In this document: in pieces, positions 1 through 13,435 of the stretch | Numbering within the stretch: the first letter of the stretch is position 1 | Layout of the letters: every line of letters begins with the position of its first letter | From: the human T2T-CHM13v2.0 reference genome, Homo sapiens | DNA: 64,000 bases | Strand: one strand, 5' to 3' | Assembly (NCBI RefSeq): GCF_009914755.1 | Contig: NC_060942.1 | The notes under the pieces: model-generated | What the model was told of the DNA's origin: nothing | Database searches by the model: none | Seen by the model: only the letters and a program-made list of their open reading frames with translations | Translations under genes and position numbers: made by a program

Positions 1-3000
1 AGCATTCTAAGAGAATTCTTTGGGATATACGTACTCAACTAACAGAGTTGAACCTTTCTATTTATAGATCAGTCTTGAAAAGCTCTTTTCGTGGAATCTG
101 CAAGTGAATCTTAGGATAGCTCTGAGGATTGCGTTGGAAACGGGATTACATATAAAAAGTAGACAGCAGCATTCTCAGAAACTTCTTTGTGATGTTTGCT
201 TTTAAGTCACAGAGTTCAATATTCCCTTCCATAGAGCCGGTTTGAAACACTTTTTTTGTAGTATCTGGAAGTGGACATTTCGAGCGATTTCAGGCCTATG
301 TTGAAAAAGGAAACATCTTCCCATAAAAACAAGACAGAAGCATTCTCAGAAACTTCTTTGTGATGTGTGTCCTCAACTAACAGAGTTCAACCTCTCTTAT
401 AATACAGCAGTTTGAAAAAACACTTTTTGTAGAATATGCAAGTGGATATTTGAACAGCTCTAACTATTTCGTTCGAAATGGGAATATCTTCATATAAAAT
501 CTAGACAGAAGCACTCTCAGAAACTACATTGTGATATCAGTATTCAAATCACAGAGTTGAATATTCCCTTTCTTAGAGCAGGTTTGAAACCGTCTTTTCG
601 TGGAAGCTGCAGGAGGATATTTGGATAGCTTTGAGGATTTCGTTGGAAACGGGATTACATATACAAAGTAGACAGCAACATTCTCAGAAGCTTCTTTGTG
701 ATGTTTGCTTCTAAGTCACAGAGTTGAACATTCCCTTTCATACAGCAGGTTTGAAACACTCTTTCTGTAGTATCTGGAAGTGGACATTTCGAGCGCTTTC
801 AGGCCCATGGTGAAAAAGGAAATATCTCCCCATAAAAACTAGACAGAAGCATTCGCAGAAACTTGTTTGTGATGTGTGTCCTCAACCAACAGAGTTGAAC
901 ATTTCCTGTGACAGAGCAGTTTGGAAACACGCTTTTTGTAGAATCTGCAAGTGGATATTTGGATAGCTTTGTGGATTTCCTTGGGAACGGGAGTATCTTC
1001 ATATAAAACCTAGACGGAAACATTCTCCGAAACTCCTTTGTAATGTCTGCATTCACGTCACAGAGTTGAACATTCCCTTTCATAGAGCAGGTTTGAAACA
1101 CTCTTTCTGAAGTATCTGGATGTGGACACTTGGAGCGCTTTGACGCTTACGGTGAAAAAAGGAATAACTTCCCATGAAAACTAGACAGAAGCATTCTCAC
1201 AAACTGGTTTGTGATGTATGTCCTCAACTAACAGAGTTGAACCTTTCTATTTACAGAGCAGTTTTCAAAGACTCTTTTTGGAGAATCTGCAAGTGGATAT
1301 CTGGAGATCTTTAAGGATTTCACTGGAAACCGGAATATCTTCAGGTAAAATCTAGACAGAGGCATTCTCGGAAACTTCTTCGTGATGTGCGTCCTCAACT
1401 AACAGAGTACAACCTGTCTTTTGATACATCAGTTTGGAAACACTCTTTTTGTAGAATCTGCAAGAGGATATTTGGATAGCTCTAGCGATTTCGATGGATA
1501 CGGGAATACCTTCATATGAAATCTAGACAGAGGCACTCTCAGAAACTGCTTTGTGATATCTGCATTCAAGTCACAGAGTTGAACATTCCCTTTCTTAGAG
1601 CAGGTTTGAAACTCTCTTTTTGTAGTATCTGGAAGTGGACACTTGGAGCGCTTTGACGCCTTTGGTGAAAAAGGAAATGTCTTCCCATAAAAACTAGACA
1701 GAAGCATTCTAAGAAACTTCTTTGGGATATATGTACTCAACTAACAGAGTTGAACCTTTCTATTTAGAGATCAGTTTTAAAAAGCTCTTTTTGTGGAATC
1801 CGCAAGTGGATATTTGAATAGCTCTGAGGATTTCGTTGGAGACGGGATTACGTATAAAAAGTAGACAGCAGCATTCTCAAAAGCTTCTTTGTGATCTTTG
1901 CTTTTAAATCGCAGAGTTCAATATTCCCTTCCGTAGAGAAGGTTTGAAACACTCTTTCTGTAGTATCTGGAAGTGGACATTTCGAGCGATTTCAGGCCTA
2001 GGTTGAAAAAGGAAATATCTTCCAATAAAAACTAGACGGAAGCATTCTCAAAAATTTCTTTGTGATGTGCGTCCTCAACTAACAGAGTTCATCCTTTCTT
2101 ATGATACAGCAGTTTATAAACACTCTTTTTGTAGAATCTGCAAGTGGATATTTGCATAGCTCTAACCATTTCATAGGAAACGGGAATACCTTCATATAAA
2201 ATCTAGACAGAGGCACCCTCAGAAACTGCTTTGTGATATCTGCATTCAAGTCACAGAGTTGAACATTCCCTTTCTTAGAGCAGGTTTGAGACAATCTATT
2301 TGTAGTATCTGGTAGTGGACATTTGGAGCGCTTTGACGCCTTTGGTGAAAAAGGAAATATCTTCCATAAAAACTAGACAGAAGCATTCCAAGAATCTTCC
2401 TTGCGATATATGTACTCAACTACCAGAGTTGAACCTTTCTATTGATAGATCAGTTTTGAAAAGCTCTTTTTGTGGAATCTGCAATTGGATATAAGGATAG
2501 TTCTGAGGATTTCGTTGGAGACGGGATTGCATATAAAAAGTAGACAGCAGCATTCTCAGAAGCTTCTTTGTGATGTTTGCTTTTAAGTCACAGAGTTGAA
2601 TATTCCCTTCCATAGAGCAGGTTTGAAACCCTCTTTGTCTACTATCTGGAAGTGGACATTTCGAGCGCTTTCAGGCCTATGGTGAACAAGGAAATATCGT
2701 CCCATAAAAACTAGACAGAAGCATTCGCAGAAACTTGTTTGTGATGTGTGTCCTCATCTCACAGAGGTGACCATTTCGTTTGACAGAGCAGTTTGGAAAC
2801 ACGCTTTTTGCAGAATACGCAAGTGGATATTTGGATAGCTGTAACGATTTCGTTGGATACGGGAATAACTTCATATAAATTCTAGACAGAGGCACTCTCA
2901 GAAACTGCTTTTTGATATCTGCATTCAAGTCACGGAGTTGAACATTCTCTTTCTTAGAGCAGGTTTGAAACACTCTTTTTGTAGTATCTGGAAGTGGACA

Positions 3001-6000
3001 TTTGGAGGGCTTTGACGCCTTTGGTGAAAAAGGAAATGTCTTCCCATAAAAACTAGACAGAAGCATTCTAAGAAACTTCTTTGGGATATATGTACTCAAC
3101 TAACAGAGTTGAACCTTTCTCTTTATAGATCAGTTTTGAAAAGCTCTTTTTGTGGAATCTGCAAGTGGATATTAAAATAGCTCTGAGGATTTCGTTGGAG
3201 ACGGGATGACATATAAAAAGTAGACAGCAGCATTCTCAGAAGCGTCTTTGTGATGTTTGCTTTTAAGTCACAGAGTTGAATTTTCCCTTCCATAGAGCAG
3301 GTTTGAAACAATCTTTCTGTAGTATCTGGAAGTGGACATTTCGAGCGCTTTCAGGCCTATGTTGAAAAATTAAATATCTTCTCATAAAAACTATACAGAA
3401 GCATTCTCAGAAACGTCTTTGTGATGTGTGGCCTCAACTAACAGAGTTCAACCTTTCTTATGATACAGCAGTTTGGAAACACTCTTTTTGTAGAATATGC
3501 AATTGGATATTTGGATAGCTCTAAGTATTTCGTTGGAGACGGGAATATCTTCATATAAAATCTAGACAGAAGCACTCTCAGAAACTACTTTGTGATATCT
3601 GCATTCAAGTCACAGAGTTGAAAATTCCCTTTCTTAGACCAGGTTTTAAACCGTCTTCTCGTGGAATCTGCAGGAGGATATTTCGATAGCCTTGAGGGTT
3701 TAGTTGGAAACGGGATTACATATACAAAGTAGACAGCAGCATTCTCAGAAGCTTCTTTGTGATGTTTGCTTGTAAGTCACAGAGTTGAACATTCTCTTTC
3801 ATAGAGCAGGTTTGAAACACTCTTCCTGTAGTATCTGGAAGTGGACATTTCGAGCGCTTTCAGGCCTATGGTGAACAAGGAAATATCTTCCCATAAAAAC
3901 TAGATAGAAGCATTCGCAGAAACTTCTTTGTGATGTGTGTCCTCAACTCACAGAGTCGAACATTTCGTTTGACAGAGCAGTTTGGAAACACGCTTTTTGT
4001 AGAATCTGCAAGTGGATATTTGGATAGCTTTGCGGATTTTGCTTGAAACGGGAGTATCTTCCTATTAAACCTAGACAGAAACATTCTCAGAAACTGCTTT
4101 GTGATGTCTGCATTCACGTCACGGAGTTGAACATTCCCTTTCATAGAGCAGGTTTGAAACTCCCTTTCTGTAGTATCTGGATGTGGACACTTGGAGGGCT
4201 TTGACGCTTACGGTGAAAAAGGAAATATGTTCCCATGAAAACTAGACAGAAGCATTCTCACAAACTGGTTTGTGATGTATGTCCTCAACTAACAGACTTG
4301 AACCTTTCTATTTACAGAGCAGTTTTGAAAGACACTTTTTGGAGACTCTGCAAGTGGATATTTGGAGAGCTTTAAGGATTTCACTGGAAACCGGAATATC
4401 TTGAGGAAAAATCTAGACAGAGGCATTCTCAGAAACTTCTTTGTGATGTGTGTCCTCAACTAACAGAGTACAACTTGTCTTCTGATACAGCAGTTTCGAA
4501 ACACTCTTTTTGTAGAAACTCCAAGAGGATATTTCGATAGCTCTAACGGTTTCGTTGGAAACCGGAATACCTTCATATAAAATTTAGCAGAGGCACTCTC
4601 AGAAACTGCTTTGTGATATCTGCATTCAAGTCACAGAGTTGAACATTCCCTTTCTTAGAGCAGGTTTGAAACACCCTTTTTGTAGTATCTGGAAGTGGAC
4701 ATTTGGAGCGCTTTGACGCCTCTGGTGAAAAAGGAAAGGTCTTCCCATAAAAACTAGACAGAAGCATTCTAAGGAACTTCTTTGGGATATATGTACTCAA
4801 CTAACACAGTTGAACCTTTCTATTTATAGATCAGTTTTGAAAAGCTCTTTTTGTGGAATCCGCATGTGGATATTAGGATAGCACTGAGGATTTCGTTGGA
4901 GACGGGATTACGTATAAAAAGTAGACAGCAGCATTCTCAGAAGCTTCTTTGTGATGTTTGCTTTTAAATCGCAGAGTTCAATATTCCCTTCCATAGAGCA
5001 GGTTTGAGACACTCTTTCTGTAGTATCTGGAAGTGGACATTTCGAGCGATTTCAGGCCTAGGTTGAAAAAGGAAATATCTTCCAATAAAAATTAGACGGA
5101 AGCATTCTCAAAAATTTCTTTGTGATGTGTGTCCTCAACTAACAGGGTTCAACCTTTCTTTTGATACAGCAGTTTGTAAACACTCTTTTTGTAGAATCTG
5201 CATGTGGATATTTGGATAGCTCTAACCATTTCATAGGAAACGAGAATAACTTCATATAAAATCTAGACAGAGGCACTCTCAGAAACTACTTTGTGATATC
5301 TGCGTTCAAGTCACAGAGTTGAACATTCCCTTTCTTAGAGCAGGTTTGAGACACTCTTTTTGTAGTATCTGGAAGTGGACATTTGGAGCGCTTTGACGCC
5401 TTTGGTGAAAAAGGAAATATCTTCCATAAAAACTAGACAGAAGCATTCTAAGAAACTTCTTGGCGATATATGTACTCACCTAACAGAGTTGAACCTTTCT
5501 ATTGATAGATCAGTTTCGAAAAGCTCTTTTTGTGGAATCTGCAATTGGATATAAGGATAGTTCTGAGGATTTCGTTGGAGACGGGATTGCATATAAAAAG
5601 TAGACAGCAGCATTCTCAGAAGCTTCTTTGTGATGTTTGCTTTTAAGTCACAGAGTTGAATATTCCCTTCCATAGAGCAGGTTTGAAACCCTCTTTCTCT
5701 ACTATCTGGAAGTGGACATTTCGAGCGCTTTCAGGCCTATGGTGAACAAGGAAATATCGTCCCATAAAAACTAGACAGAAGCATTAGCAGAAAATTGTTT
5801 GTGATGTGTGCCCTCAACTCACAGAGTGGAACACTTCGTTTCACAGAGCAGTTTGGAAACACGCTTTTTGTAGAATTTGCATGTGGATATTTGGATAGCT
5901 TTGTGGATTTCGTTGGAAACGGAAGTATCCTCATATAAAAATTAGACAGAAACATTCTCAGAAACCGCTTTGTGATGTCTGCATTCACGTCACAGAGTTG

Positions 6001-9000
6001 AACATTCCCTTTCATAGAGCAGGTTTGAAACACTCTTTCTGTAGTATCTGGATGTGGACACTTGGAGCACATTGACGCTTACGGTAAAAAAGGAAATATC
6101 TTCCCATAAAAACTAGACAGAAGCATTCTCACAAACTGGTTTGTGATGTATGTCCTCAACTAACAGCGTTGAACCTTTCTATTTACAGAGCAGTTTTGAA
6201 AGACTCTTTTTGGAGAATCTGTAAGCGGATATTTGGAGAGCTTCAAGGATTTCATTTTAAACCGTAATATCTTCAGGTAAAATCTAGCCAGAGGCATTCT
6301 CAGAAACTTATTTATGATGTGTGTCCTCAACTAACAGAGTACAACCTATCTTTTGATACAGCAGTTTGGAAACACTCTTTTTGTAGAATCTGCAAGTGGA
6401 TATTTCGATAGCTGTAACGATTTCGTTGGAAATGGGAATACCTTCATATAAAATCTAGAGAGGCACTCTCCGAAAGTGCTTTGAGCTATCTGCTTTCAAG
6501 TCACAGAGTTGAACATTCCCTTTCTTAGAGAAGGTTTGAAACACTCTTTTTGTAGTATGTGTAAGTGGACACTTAGACCGCTTCGACCCCTTTGGTGAAA
6601 AAGGAAATGTCTTCCCATAAAAACTAGACAGAAGCATTCTAAGAAACTTCTTTGGGATATATGTACTCAACTAACAGAGTTGAACCTTTCTATTTCTGGG
6701 TCAGTTTTGAGAAGCTCTTTTTCTGTAATCTGCAAGTGGATATTCGGATAGCTCTGAGGATTTCCTTGGAAACGGGATTTCATATAAAATATAGACAGCA
6801 GCATTCTCAGAAGCTTCTTTGTGATGGTTGCTTTTAAGTCACAGAGTTGAATATTCCCTTCCATAGAGCAGGATTGAAACACTCTTTCTGTAGTATCCGG
6901 AAGTGGACATTTCGGGCGATTTCAGTCCTATGTTGAAAAAGGAAATATCATCCCATAAAAACTAGACAGAAGCATTCTCAGAAATTTCTTTGTGATGTGT
7001 GTCCTCAACTAACAGAGTTCAAACTGTCTTATGATACAGCAGTTTGGAAACACTCCTTTTGTAGAATATGCAAGTGGATATTTGGATAGCTCTAACTATT
7101 TCGTTGGAAACGGGAATATCTTCATATAAAATCTAGACACAAGCACTCTCAGAAACTACTTTCTGATATCTGCATTCAAGTCACAGAGTTGAATATTCCC
7201 TTTCTTAGAGCAGGTTTGAAACCGTCTTTTCGTGGAATCTGCAGGAGGATATTTGGATAGCTTTCAGGATTTCGTTGGAAACGGGATTACAAACAAAATG
7301 TAGACAGCAGCATTCTCAGAAACTTCTTTGTGATGTTTGCTTTTAAGTCACAGAGTTGAACATTCCCTTCCATAGAGCAGTTTAGAAACACTCTTTCTAT
7401 AGTATCTGGAAGTGGACATTTCGAGCGATTTCAGGCCTATGTTGAAAAACGAAATATCTTCCCATAAAAACTAGACAGTAGCATACTCAGAAGCTTCTTT
7501 GTGATGCTTGCTTTTAAGTCACAGAGTTGAACATTCCCTTTCGTAGAGCAGGTTTCAGACACTCTTTCTGTAGTATCTGGAAGTGGACATTTCGAGTGTT
7601 TTCAGGCCTATGGTGAACAAGGAAATATCTTCCCATAAAAACCAGACACAAGCATTTGCAGAAACTTGTTTGTGATGCGTGTCCTCAACTCACAGAGTTG
7701 AACATTTCGTTTGACAGAGCAGCTTGGAAACACGCTTTTTGTAGAATCTGCAAGTGGATATTTGGATAGCTTTGTGGATTTCGTTGGAAACGGGAGAATC
7801 TCCATATAAAACCTAGACAGAAACATTCTCAGAAACTGCTTTGTGATGTCTGCATTCACGTTACAGAGTTGAATATTCCCCTTCATAGAGCAGGTTTGAT
7901 ACACTCTTTCTGTAGTATCTGGATGTGGACACTTGGAGCGCTTTGACGCTTACAGTGAAAAAGGAAATATCTTCCCATAAAAACTAGACAGAAGCATTCT
8001 CACAAACTGGTTTGTGATGTATGTCCTCATCTAACAGAGTTGAACTTTTCTATTTACAGAGCAGTTTTGAAAGACTCTTTTTGGAGAATCTGCAAGTGGA
8101 TATTTCGAGAGCTTTAAGGATTTCACTGGAAACCCGAATATCTTCAGGTAAAATCTAGACAGAGGCATTCTCAGAAACCTCTTTGTGATGTGTGTCCTCA
8201 ACTAACAAAGTACTACCTGGCTTTTGATACAGCAGTTTGGAAACACTCTTTTTGTACAATCTGCAAGTGGATATTTGGATAGCTCTAAAGATTTCGTAGG
8301 AAACGGGAATACCTTCATATAAAATCTAGACAGAGGCACTCTCAGAAACTGCTTTGTGATATCTGCATTCAAGTCACAGTGTTGAACATTCCCTTTCTGA
8401 GAGCAGGTTTGAACCACTCTTTTTGTAGTATCTGGAAGTGGACATTTGGAGCGCTTTGACGCCATTGGTGAAAAAGGAAATGTCTTCCCATAAAAACTAG
8501 ACAGAAGCATTCTAAGAAACTTCTTTGGGATATATGTACTCAACTAACAGAGTTGAAACTTTCTATTTAGAGATCAGTTTTGAAAAGCTCTTTTTGTGGA
8601 ATCTGCAAGTCGATGTTAGGATACCGCCGAAGATTTCGTTGGAGACGGGATTACATATAAAAATAGACAGCAGCATTCTCAGAAGCTTCTTTGTGATGTT
8701 TGCTTTTAAATCACAGAGTTGAATATTCCCTTCCATAGAGCAGGTTTGAAACACTCTTTCTGTAGTATCTGGAAGTGGACATTTCGAGCGATTTCAGGCC
8801 TATGTTGAAAAAGGAAATATCTTCCCATAAAAACTAGACAGAAGCATTCTCAGAAACTTCTTTGTGATGTGTGTCCTCAACTAACAGAGTTCAACCTCTC
8901 TTATGATACAGCAGTTTGGAAACACTCTTTTTGTAGAATATGCAACTGGATATTTGGAGAGCTCTAACTATTTTGTTGGTAACGGGAATATCTTCATATA

Positions 9001-12000
9001 AAATCTAGACAGAAGCACTCTCAGAAACTACTTTGTGATATCTGCATTCAAGTCACAGAGTTGAATATTCCCTTTCTTAGAGCAGGTTTGAAACCGTCTT
9101 TTCGTGGAATCTGCAGGAGGATATTTGGATAGCTTTGAGGATTTCGTAGGAAACGGGATTACATATACAAAGTGGACAGCAGCATTCTCAGAAGCTTCTT
9201 TGTGATGTTTGCTTTTAAGTCACAGAGTTGAACATTCCCTTTCATAGAGCAGGTTTCAAACACTCTTTCTGTAATATCTGGAAGTGGCCATTTCGAGCGC
9301 TTTCAGGCCTATGGTGAACAAGGAAATATCTTCCCATAAAAACTAAACAGAAGCCTTCGCAGAAACTTGTTTGTGATGTGTGTCCTCAACTCACAGAGTT
9401 GAACATTTCGTTTGACAGAGCAGTTTGGAAACACGCTTTTTGTAGAATCTGCAAGTGGATATTTGGATAGCTTTGTGGATTTCCTTGGAAACGGGAGTAT
9501 CTTCATATAAAACCTAGAAAGAAACATTCTCAGAAACTGCTTTGTGATGTCTGTATTCACGTCACAGAGTTGAATATTTCCTTTCATAGAGCAGGTTTGA
9601 AACACTCTTTCTGTAGTATCTGGATGTGGACACTTGGAGCGCTTTGAGGCTTACGGTGCAAAAGGAAATATCTTCCAATGAAAACTAGACAGAAGCATTC
9701 TCAAAAACTAGTTTGTGATGTATTTCCTCAACTAACAGAGTTGAACCTTTCTATTTACAGAGTAGTTTTGAAAGACTCTTTTTGGAGAATCTACAAGTGG
9801 ATATTTGAGAGCTTTAAGGATTTCATTGTAAACCGGAATATCTTCAGGTAAACTCTAGACAGAGGCATTCTCAGAAACTTCTTTGTGATGTGTGTCCTCA
9901 ACTAACAGAGTTCAGCCTTTGTTATGATACAGCAGTTTGGAAACACTCTTTTTGTACTATCAGGAAGTGGACTTTTGGAGCGCTTTGACACCTTTGGTGA
10001 TAAAGAGATGTCTTCCCATAAAAACCAGACGGAAGCATTCTAAGAGAATTCTTTGGGATATAAGTACTCAACTAACAGAGTTGAACCTTTCTATTTATAG
10101 ATCAGTCTTGAAAAGCTCTTTTCGTGGAATCTGCAAGTGAATCTTAGGATAGCTCTGAGGATTTCGTTGGAAATCGGATTACATATAAAAAGTAGACAGC
10201 AGCATTCTCAGAAACTTCTTTGTGATGTTTGCTTTTAAGTCACAGAGTTCAATATTCCCTTCCATAGAGCCGGTTTGAAACACTTTTTTTGTAGTATCTG
10301 GAAGTGGACATTTCGAGCGATTTCAGGCCTATGTTGAAAAAGGAAACATCTTCCCATAAAAAAAGACAGAAGCATTCTCAGAAACTTCTTTGTGATGTGT
10401 GTCCTCAACTAACAGAGTTCAACCTCTCGTATAATACAGCAGTTTGAAAAAACACTTTTTGTAGAATATGCAAGTGGATATTTGAACAGCTCTAACTATT
10501 TCGTTCGAAATGGGAATATCTTCATATAAAATCTAGACAGAAGCACTCTCAGAAACTACATTGTGATATCTGTATTCAAGTCACAGAGTTGAATATTCCC
10601 TTTCTTAGAGCAGGTTTGAAACCGTCTTTTCGTGGAAGCTGCAGGAGGATATTTGGATAGCTTTGAGGATTTCGTTGGAAACGGGATTACATATACAAAG
10701 TAGACAGCAACATTCTCAGAAGCTTCTTTGTGATGTTTGCTTCTAAGTCACAGAGTTGAACATTCCCTTTCATACAGCAGGTTTGAAACACTCTTTCTGT
10801 AGTATCTGGAAGTGGACATTTCGAGCGCTTTCAGGCCCATGGTGAAAAAGGAAATATCTCCCCATAAAAACTAGACAGAAGCATTCGCAGAAACTTGTTT
10901 GTGATGTGTGTCCTCAACCAACAGAGTTGAACATTTCCTGTGACAGAGCAGTTTGGAAACACGCTTTTTGTAGAATCTGCAATTGGATATTTGGATAGCT
11001 TTGTGGATGTCGTTGGAAACGGGAGTATCTTCATATAAAACCTAGACGGAAACATTCTCCGAAACTCCTTTGTAATGTCTGCATTCACGTCACAGAGTTG
11101 AACATTCCCTTTCATAGAGCAGGTTTGAAACACTCTTTCTGAAGTATCTGGATGTCGACACTTGGAGCGCTTTGACGCTTACACTGAAAAAGGAAATAAC
11201 TTCCCATGAAAACTAGACAGAAGCATTCTCACAAACTGGTTTGTGATGTATGTCCTCAACTAACAGAGTTGAACCTTTCTATTTACAGAGCAATTTTCAA
11301 AGACTCTTTTTGGAGAATCTGCAAGTGGATATCTGGAGATCTTTTAGGATTTCATTGGAAACCGGAATATCTTCAGGTAAAATCTAGACAGAGGCATTCT
11401 CAGAAACTTCTTCATGATGTGCGTCCTCAACTAACAGAGTACAACCTGTCTTTTGATACATCAGTTTGGAAACACTCTTTTTGTAGAATCTGGAAGTGGA
11501 TATTTCGATAGCTCTAACGATTTCGTTGGAAACGGGAATAGCTTCATATAAAATCTAGGCAGAGGCACTCTCAGAAACTACTTTGTGAGATCTGCATTCA
11601 AGTCACAGAGTTCAACATTCCCTTTCGTAGATCTGGTTTGATAGACTCTTTTTGTTGTATCTGGAAGTGGACATTTGGAGCGCTTTGACGACTTTGGTGA
11701 AAAAGGAAATATCTTCCCATAAAAACTAGACAGAAGCATTCTCAGAAACTTGTTTGTGCTGTGTGTACTCAACTGACAGAGCTGAACTTTTCTTTCTACA
11801 CAGCAGTTTTGAAAAACTCTTTTTGTAGTATCTGCAAGTGGATAATTGGATGGCTTTAAGGATTTCGTTGGAAATGGGTCTACATTCATGTAAAATCTAC
11901 ACAGAAGCATTCTCAGAAACTTCTTTGGGATATATGTACTCAACTAACAGAGTTGAACCTTTCTATTTCTGGGTCAGTTTTGAGAAGCTCTTTTTCTGTA

Positions 12001-13435
12001 ATCTGCAAGTGGATATTCGGATAGCTCTGAGGATTTCCTTGGAAATGGGATTTCATATAAAATGTAGACAGCAGCATTCTCAGAAGCTTCTTTGTGATGT
12101 TTGCTTTTAAGTCACAGAGTTGAATATTCCCTTCCATAGAGCAGGATTGAAACACTCTTTCTGTAGTATCCGGAAGTGGACATTTCGGGTGATTTCAGTC
12201 CTATGTTGAAAAAGGAAATATCATCCCATAAAAACTAGACAGAAGCATTCTCAGAAATTTCTTTGTGATGTGTGTCCTCAACTAACAGAGTTCAAACTGT
12301 CTTATGATACAGCAGTTTGGAAACACTCCTTTTGTAGAATATGCAAGTGGATACTTGGATAGCTCTAACTATTTCGTTGGAAACGGGAATATCATCATAT
12401 AAAATCTAGACACAAGCACTCTCAGAAACTACATTCTAATATCTGCATTCAAGTCACAGAGTTGAATATTCCCTTTCTTAGAGCAGGTTTGAAACCGTCT
12501 TTTCGTGGAATGTGCAGGAGGATATTTGGATAGCTTTGAGGATTTCGTTGGAAAAGGGATTACATATACAAAGTAGAAAGCAGCATTCTCAGAAGCTTCT
12601 TTGTGATGTTTGCTTTTAAGTCACAGAGTTGAACATTCCCTTTCATAGAGCAGTTTTGAAACACTCTTTCTGTAGTATCTGGAAGTGGACATTTCGAGTG
12701 CTTTCCGAACTATCGTGAAAAAGGAAATATCTTCCGATAAAAACTAGACAGAAGCATTCGCAGAAACTTGTTTGTGATGTGTGTCCTCAACTCACAGAGT
12801 TGAACATTTCGTTTGACAGAGCAGTTTGGAAACACGCTTTTTGTAGAATCTGCAAGTGGATATTTGGATAGCTTTGTGGATTTCCTTGGAAACGGGAGTA
12901 TCTTCATATAAAACCTAGAAAGAAACATTCTCAGAAACTGCTTTGTGATGTCTGTATTCACGTCACAGAGTTGAATATTTCCTTTCATAGAGCAGGTTTG
13001 AAACACTCTTTCTGTAGTATCTGGATGTGGACACTTGGAGCGCTTTGAGGCTTACGGTGCAAAAGGAAATATCTTCCAATGAAAACTAGACAGAAGCATT
13101 CTCAAAAACTAGTTTGTGATGTATTTCCTCAACTAACAGAGTTGAACCTTTCTATTTACAGAGTAGTTTTGAAAGACTCTTTTTGGAGAATCTGCAAGTG
13201 GATATTTGGAGAGCTTTAAGGATTTCATTGTAAACCGGAATATCTTCAGGTAAAATCTAGACAGAGGCATTCTCAGAAACTTCTTTGTGATGTGTGTCCT
13301 CAACTAACAGAGTTCAGCCTTTGTTATGATACAGCAGTTTGGAAACACTCTTTTTGTACTATCAGGAAGTGGACTTCTGGAGCGCTTTGACACCTTTGGT
13401 GATAAAGAGATGTCTTCCCATAAAAACTAGACGGA
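1..13435 (+). repeat. Super-HOR copy 1 (13,435 bp, 79 monomers; 7-monomer deletion variant)
   Basis: Window start AGCATTCTAAGAGAATTC recurs at 13436. Identical spurious ORFs are offset by 13,435 (799 vs 14234) left of 7264 and by 14,627 (7608 vs 22235) right of it. Unit phase is arbitrary (set by the window start). Confidence 0.93.
638..654 (+). promoter_or_regulatory. Canonical CENP-B box (representative; many intact and degenerate copies throughout the array)
   Basis: TTTCGTTGGAAACGGGA matches the NTTCGNNNNANNCGGGN core. Variant intact boxes occur at 1489-1505 and 1831-1847. Confidence 0.9.
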
